Notes under the pieces: generated by a model | What the model was told of the DNA's origin: nothing | Databases searched by the model: none | Seen by the model: the letters and a program-made list of their open reading frames with translations, nothing else | NCBI GenBank assembly: GCA_938003965.1 | Contig: CALKXI010000053.1 | Location: 1 to 60,541, forward strand | From: an uncultured Chlorobiales bacterium | GTDB lineage: Bacteria; Bacteroidota; Chlorobiia; Chlorobiales; Thermochlorobacteraceae | Direction of reading: 5' to 3' | Length of the DNA stretch: 60,541 bases | Shown: in pieces, positions 57,346-60,541 of the stretch | Layout: every line of letters begins with the position of its first letter | How positions within the stretch are numbered: position 1 is the first letter of the stretch | Translations under genes and position numbers: made by a program

Positions 57346-58165
57346 TTTGCCATTAAACTACATTACCATCAAAACTACCAAAAGCCGTATAGAAAAAGGC
57401 TTATTAGCAATTCCTGTTTCGTTAATTGATTTGTTTCCAAAAACAGGTAATAAAATCTTTTTAGTTAACCAAAATGGAGTAGTAGAAGAAAAATCATTTA
57501 CACCATATAAAAGCAGTAGTCGTGAATGTAGGATAGGCGGATTAAGTTCTTTTTACAAGAATTATCAAATTTCAGATAAAGAAGAATTAGTTATTCAAAT
57601 TATAGATGAAAACAAGTTTAAAATTATGCCAGAGAGAGTATTTAAGGAAAAAATTAAGAATGTTTTGTCTGAGTTTGAAAATTGCAAAGATGAAACTCAG
57701 GGAGAAAATATTTTATCTAAGATTACAGAAATTACAAATCTTTCCAAGATTGAAGTTTTAAAAAATGAATATGTAATGCTTTCAAAAACCAAAATGGAAC
57801 TTAGAAAGAAGATTGAAAAAAGTGCAACTTTAGTTAAAGAAACAGTTCCGTATTATATTCGTAGAATATTACTTGAACTATACAAAGGAAAATGTCAGCT
57901 TACAAATTTTACATTCCTTACGAAGAGTGGTAATCCTTATTTTGAGTTGCACCATATTGACCCAAACAAAGGCAATCACATAAAAAACTTACTTGTTGTT
58001 AGTCCGAATATACACGCTCAATTTACTCACGCAAATAAAGAAGAATTTTTTGACGAAGAAGGTTGGTTAAGAAAAGTTAAATTCAATCAAGACCAATATT
58101 TCGTCAATCAAATTATTGATAAACTACCAAAAGAGTTTGAAAAAGAAGTACATTATGAATTTTAG
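57326..58165 (+). CDS. HNH-motif nuclease with B3/EcoRII-N-like N-terminal domain (putative restriction endonuclease)
   Basis: 279 aa. C-terminal GKCQLTNFTF...PYFELHHIDPNKGNHIKNLLVVSPNIHAQFTH is an HNH beta-beta-alpha-metal pattern. The N-terminal ~95 aa (LAIPVSLIDLFPKTGNKIFLVNQNGVVEEKSFTPY...RIGGLSSFYKNYQISDKEELVI) follow the B3 pseudobarrel spacing. Lies immediately upstream of a DNA methyltransferase. Confidence 0.65.
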   Translation: MKKVKSNLPLNYITIKTTKSRIEKGLLAIPVSLIDLFPKTGNKIFLVNQNGVVEEKSFTPYKSSSRECRIGGLSSFYKNYQISDKEELVIQIIDENKFKIMPERVFKEKIKNVLSEFENCKDETQGENILSKITEITNLSKIEVLKNEYVMLSKTKMELRKKIEKSATLVKETVPYYIRRILLELYKGKCQLTNFTFLTKSGNPYFELHHIDPNKGNHIKNLLVVSPNIHAQFTHANKEEFFDEEGWLRKVKFNQDQYFVNQIIDKLPKEFEKEVHYEF

Positions 58166-58177
58166 ACATAAAAAGAG

Positions 58178-58903
58178 TTGCCTGACAACTCAGTTCATTT
58201 AATGATCACTTCACCGCCTTACAATGTTTCAAAAGAGTACGACGAAGATTTATCACTAAAAGAGTATTTACAACTTTTAGAAAATTCATTTAAAGAAACA
58301 TTTAGAGTTTTAGTAAATGGTGGTCGGGCTTGCATAAATGTAGCAAATCTTGGCAGGAAACCGTACATACCACTTTCAGACTATATTTCTAAAATGATGA
58401 TAGACATTGGCTTTAATATGCGTGGCGAAATCATTTGGAATAAGGCAGCAAGTGCAAGTCCTTCAACAGCTTGGGGTAGTTGGCAGAGTGCCGCTAATCC
58501 AATTTTAAGAGATATACACGAATATATTTTAGTTTTTTCAAAAGGTGATTACAAAAGAGAAAAAGGAAAAAAAGAAAATTCCATAACAAAAGAACAGTTT
58601 ATGGAGTGGACAAAATCTATATGGACAATGAACGCAGAAAGTGCAAAAAGAATTGGTCACCCTGCACCTTTTCCCGAAGAACTTCCTTTTAGACTCATTC
58701 AACTTTATTCGTTTAAAGGCGATATTATCCTTGACCCTTTTATGGGTAGTGGGACAACAGCAGTCGCTGCCATAAAATCAGAAAGAAAATTTGTGGGTTA
58801 CGACATTTCGCAAGAATATATTGACTTAGCAGAAAAAAGACTGAAACCATTTTTAGAACAGACAACTATAAAATTTGCGACTTTGGGTAATGATAAAGAA
58901 TAG
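58178..58903 (+). CDS. beta-class DNA methyltransferase, SPPY motif IV (N4-cytosine type likely)
   Basis: 241 aa. Motif IV TSPPY lies near the N-terminus and motif I DPFMGSGTT near the C-terminus (beta-class order), plus HPAPFPEELP. It begins at TTG only 10 codons before SPPY, so the N-terminus looks truncated or frameshifted. Confidence 0.8.
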   Translation: MPDNSVHLMITSPPYNVSKEYDEDLSLKEYLQLLENSFKETFRVLVNGGRACINVANLGRKPYIPLSDYISKMMIDIGFNMRGEIIWNKAASASPSTAWGSWQSAANPILRDIHEYILVFSKGDYKREKGKKENSITKEQFMEWTKSIWTMNAESAKRIGHPAPFPEELPFRLIQLYSFKGDIILDPFMGSGTTAVAAIKSERKFVGYDISQEYIDLAEKRLKPFLEQTTIKFATLGNDKE

Positions 58904-59001
58904 AACACTGCACACAACAGCAGCTTTGCATAATGGCGGGTTCAGTGCTTCGTATGACAGTTTTGTGGTTGGTTCAAGTACAGTGCTTCGTTTGAACTTT
59001 T

Positions 59002-59214
59002 GTGCTAAAAATCCGCCCCTACGCCAAGCCGCAAACCGTTATGAACGGCAAACCAACGATTCGCAATATGCGCTTCAGCGTTGCTGATGTTTTAGCATTA
59101 CTTGTCTCAGGAATGACCATTGATGAAATCCTTTCAGACTACCCTTACTTAGAGCGAGAAGATATCCTCGCCTGTTTGGAATACGCTTCGGCAGTTGCGA
59201 ACATCAATAATTGA
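59002..59214 (+). CDS. DUF433-family protein (antitoxin-like), orphan
   Basis: 70 aa from GTG 59002 (or 57 aa from ATG 59041). NGKPTIRNMRFSVADVLALLVSGMTIDEILSDYPYLEREDILACLEYA matches the DUF433 pattern (GKP.IrgTRi.V..il..l..G.s.eeIl..YP.Lt.edI.aal.YA). Confidence 0.65.
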   Translation: MLKIRPYAKPQTVMNGKPTIRNMRFSVADVLALLVSGMTIDEILSDYPYLEREDILACLEYASAVANINN

Positions 59215-59318
59215 CAAAAGTTGGCTTCTGATTCAACAAAAATTTCACGACGAGAAAGCCTCATTTATCGTTCTTGAACAATCTTCATTAACCGCGTTTT
59301 AACTTATCTCATCCTGCA

Positions 59319-60541
59319 ATGAAAGAAAAAATCGCCGTCGCTTATTCAGGCGGATTAGACACATCGGTCATCGCCAAGTGGCTTCAAGAAAAGTATAACG
59401 CCGAAGTCATTACGGTTTCGGCAAATCTCGGTCAGCAAAAAGAATTGGTTGGAATTGAAGAGAAAGCCTACAAGACGGGCGCGAAGAAAGCAATTGTTTT
59501 AGACCTACGCGAGACCTTCGCAACGGAATACATTTTTCCTGCCTTGAAAGCCGGCGCGCTTTACGAGCACACATATCCGATGGCAACCTCGCTCGGTCGT
59601 CCTTTAATTGCCAAAGCATTGGTTGATGTTGCCAAAGCCGAAGGATGCACGGCGGTTGCGCACGGTTGCACGGGCAAAGGCAACGACCAAGTTCGCTTCG
59701 AAGCCGCCATTGCCGCGCTTGCACCCGACCTCAAAGTGTATGCGCCGCTTCGTGAATGGGAATTCAAATCGCGCGAAGAAGAAATCGACTACTGCCAAAA
59801 GCACGGCATTCCTGTAAAGGCGACGAAAGAAAGTCCATACTCGATTGACGAAAACATGTGGGGCACCTCGATTGAATGTGGCATTCTCGAAAATCCGCGC
59901 ATTGCGCCGCCCGAAGATGCCTATCAACGCACCGTCTCGCCCGAACAAGCTCCAAACGAAAGTGCAACGGTTGAAATTGAGTTTCAGAAAGGCGTGCCGA
60001 TTTCGCTCGATGGTAAATCACTTCCGCCTGTTGAACTCATTATGAAACTCAACGAACTGGCAGGCGCGCACGGCATTGGACGATTGGATTTGATTGAAAA
60101 TCGATTGGTCGGCATTAAATCGCGCGAACTCTACGAAGCCCCTGCTGCAACCGTGCTCCACTTCGCACACCGCGAACTCGAGCGGCTCACGCTCGATAAA
60201 GACACGATGCACTACAAAGCCAAACTCGCTAACGATTACGCCGACCTCATTTACAACGGCTTATGGTTCTCTCCGCTTCGCTACGCGCTCAACGCCTTTG
60301 TGGAAGAAACACAGAAGGTTGTCAGTGGCGTTGTAACGCTCAAACTCTACAAGGGCAACATCTCGCTTCTTTCGCGCTGGTCGCCAAATTCGCTCTACGA
60401 CGAAAGCCTTGCCACCTACACCGAAGAAGACCAATTTGACCACAAAGCCAGCATTGGCTTCATCAAAATTTATAGCCTGCCACTGAAAACCTACTATCGC
60501 ATTAACGGCGCGCCGATTTCCGAGCAAGAAGCACTGGCGAA
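59319..60541 (+). CDS. argG: argininosuccinate synthase (3' end outside window)
   Basis: My own translation from ATG 59319 gives [22 protein letters not shown]...[15 protein letters not shown]...[14 protein letters not shown]. The frame is open to the window end, which is why it is missing from the ORF track. Confidence 0.9.
   Translation, partial: MKEKIAVAYSGGLDTSVIAKWLQEKYNAEVITVSANLGQQKELVGIEEKAYKTGAKKAIVLDLRETFATEYIFPALKAGALYEHTYPMATSLGRPLIAKALVDVAKAEGCTAVAHGCTGKGNDQVRFEAAIAALAPDLKVYAPLREWEFKSREEEIDYCQKHGIPVKATKESPYSIDENMWGTSIECGILENPRIAPPEDAYQRTVSPEQAPNESATVEIEFQKGVPISLDGKSLPPVELIMKLNELAGAHGIGRLDLIENRLVGIKSRELYEAPAATVLHFAHRELERLTLDKDTMHYKAKLANDYADLIYNGLWFSPLRYALNAFVEETQKVVSGVVTLKLYKGNISLLSRWSPNSLYDESLATYTEEDQFDHKASIGFIKIYSLPLKTYYRINGAPISEQEALA

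Larger units (their letters stand above)
56520..59220 (+). other. AT-rich accessory island (restriction-modification type) between argR and argG
   Basis: Hand-counted G+C per 60-nt line is 21/60 at 57361-57420 and 14/60 at 57601-57660, against 36/60 at 55201-55260 in argF. It holds five same-strand ORFs, several of them overlapping. No integrase, transposase or tRNA was seen. Confidence 0.7.

Noticed and set aside
58943-58991. Two copies of CAGTGCTTCGT 38 bp apart, considered as a minimal CRISPR-like array.
   Set aside because: There are only two 11-bp copies, far shorter than CRISPR repeats, and no cas genes are present. It is treated instead as a possible operator or remnant.
59215-59318. 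Search for a DUF5615/PIN-like toxin remnant, or an ARG box such as TGAACAATCTTCA, between the DUF433 gene and argG.
   Set aside because: No open frame resembles a PIN-like N-terminus. The TGAA...TTCA element is a single weak palindrome unlike the TGCATAA sites upstream of argB.

Overview
This 60.5-kb window is chromosomal and mostly housekeeping. It comes from a chlorophototroph of the green-sulfur-bacteria type: it encodes the Fenna-Matthews-Olson BChl a protein (fmoA, 46752-47858) and a BchG/ChlG-type (bacterio)chlorophyll synthase (18339-19331). About 55 protein genes are supportable. They include pyrD, dapF, rsmB, ppx, ndh, hisD, gpsA-plsY, a TolC/HlyD/ABC efflux operon, hup, efp-accB-accC, lnt, nhaP-mscS and an arginine cluster (argC-argJ-GNAT-argB-argF-argR ... 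argG). I recognised no rRNA, tRNA, CRISPR array, integrase or transposase. argG (59319 to the window end) is absent from the supplied ORF track because it has no stop codon in the window. The only clearly accessory segment is an AT-rich insert of about 2.8 kb (about 56.5-59.3 kb) that splits argR from argG. It carries a frameshifted ORF, a 69-aa acidic ORF, a 279-aa protein with an HNH nuclease C-terminus and a B3/EcoRII-N-like N-terminus, an SPPY-motif (N4-C type) DNA methyltransferase with a compromised 5' end, and an orphan DUF433 ORF. Four other points deserve a second look. A Rpn/DUF2887-type PD-(D/E)XK nuclease gene sits inside the efflux operon and has an internal SD+ATG that could produce a 64-aa C-terminal protein. 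A translationally coupled beta-carbonic-anhydrase/bestrophin pair lies at the left edge. A cluster of TGCA-core palindromes (candidate ARG boxes) precedes GNAT-argB-argF-argR. A structured, terminator-capped region of about 200 nt lies downstream of pyrD. All protein calls rest on motif recognition by eye; no database search was possible.
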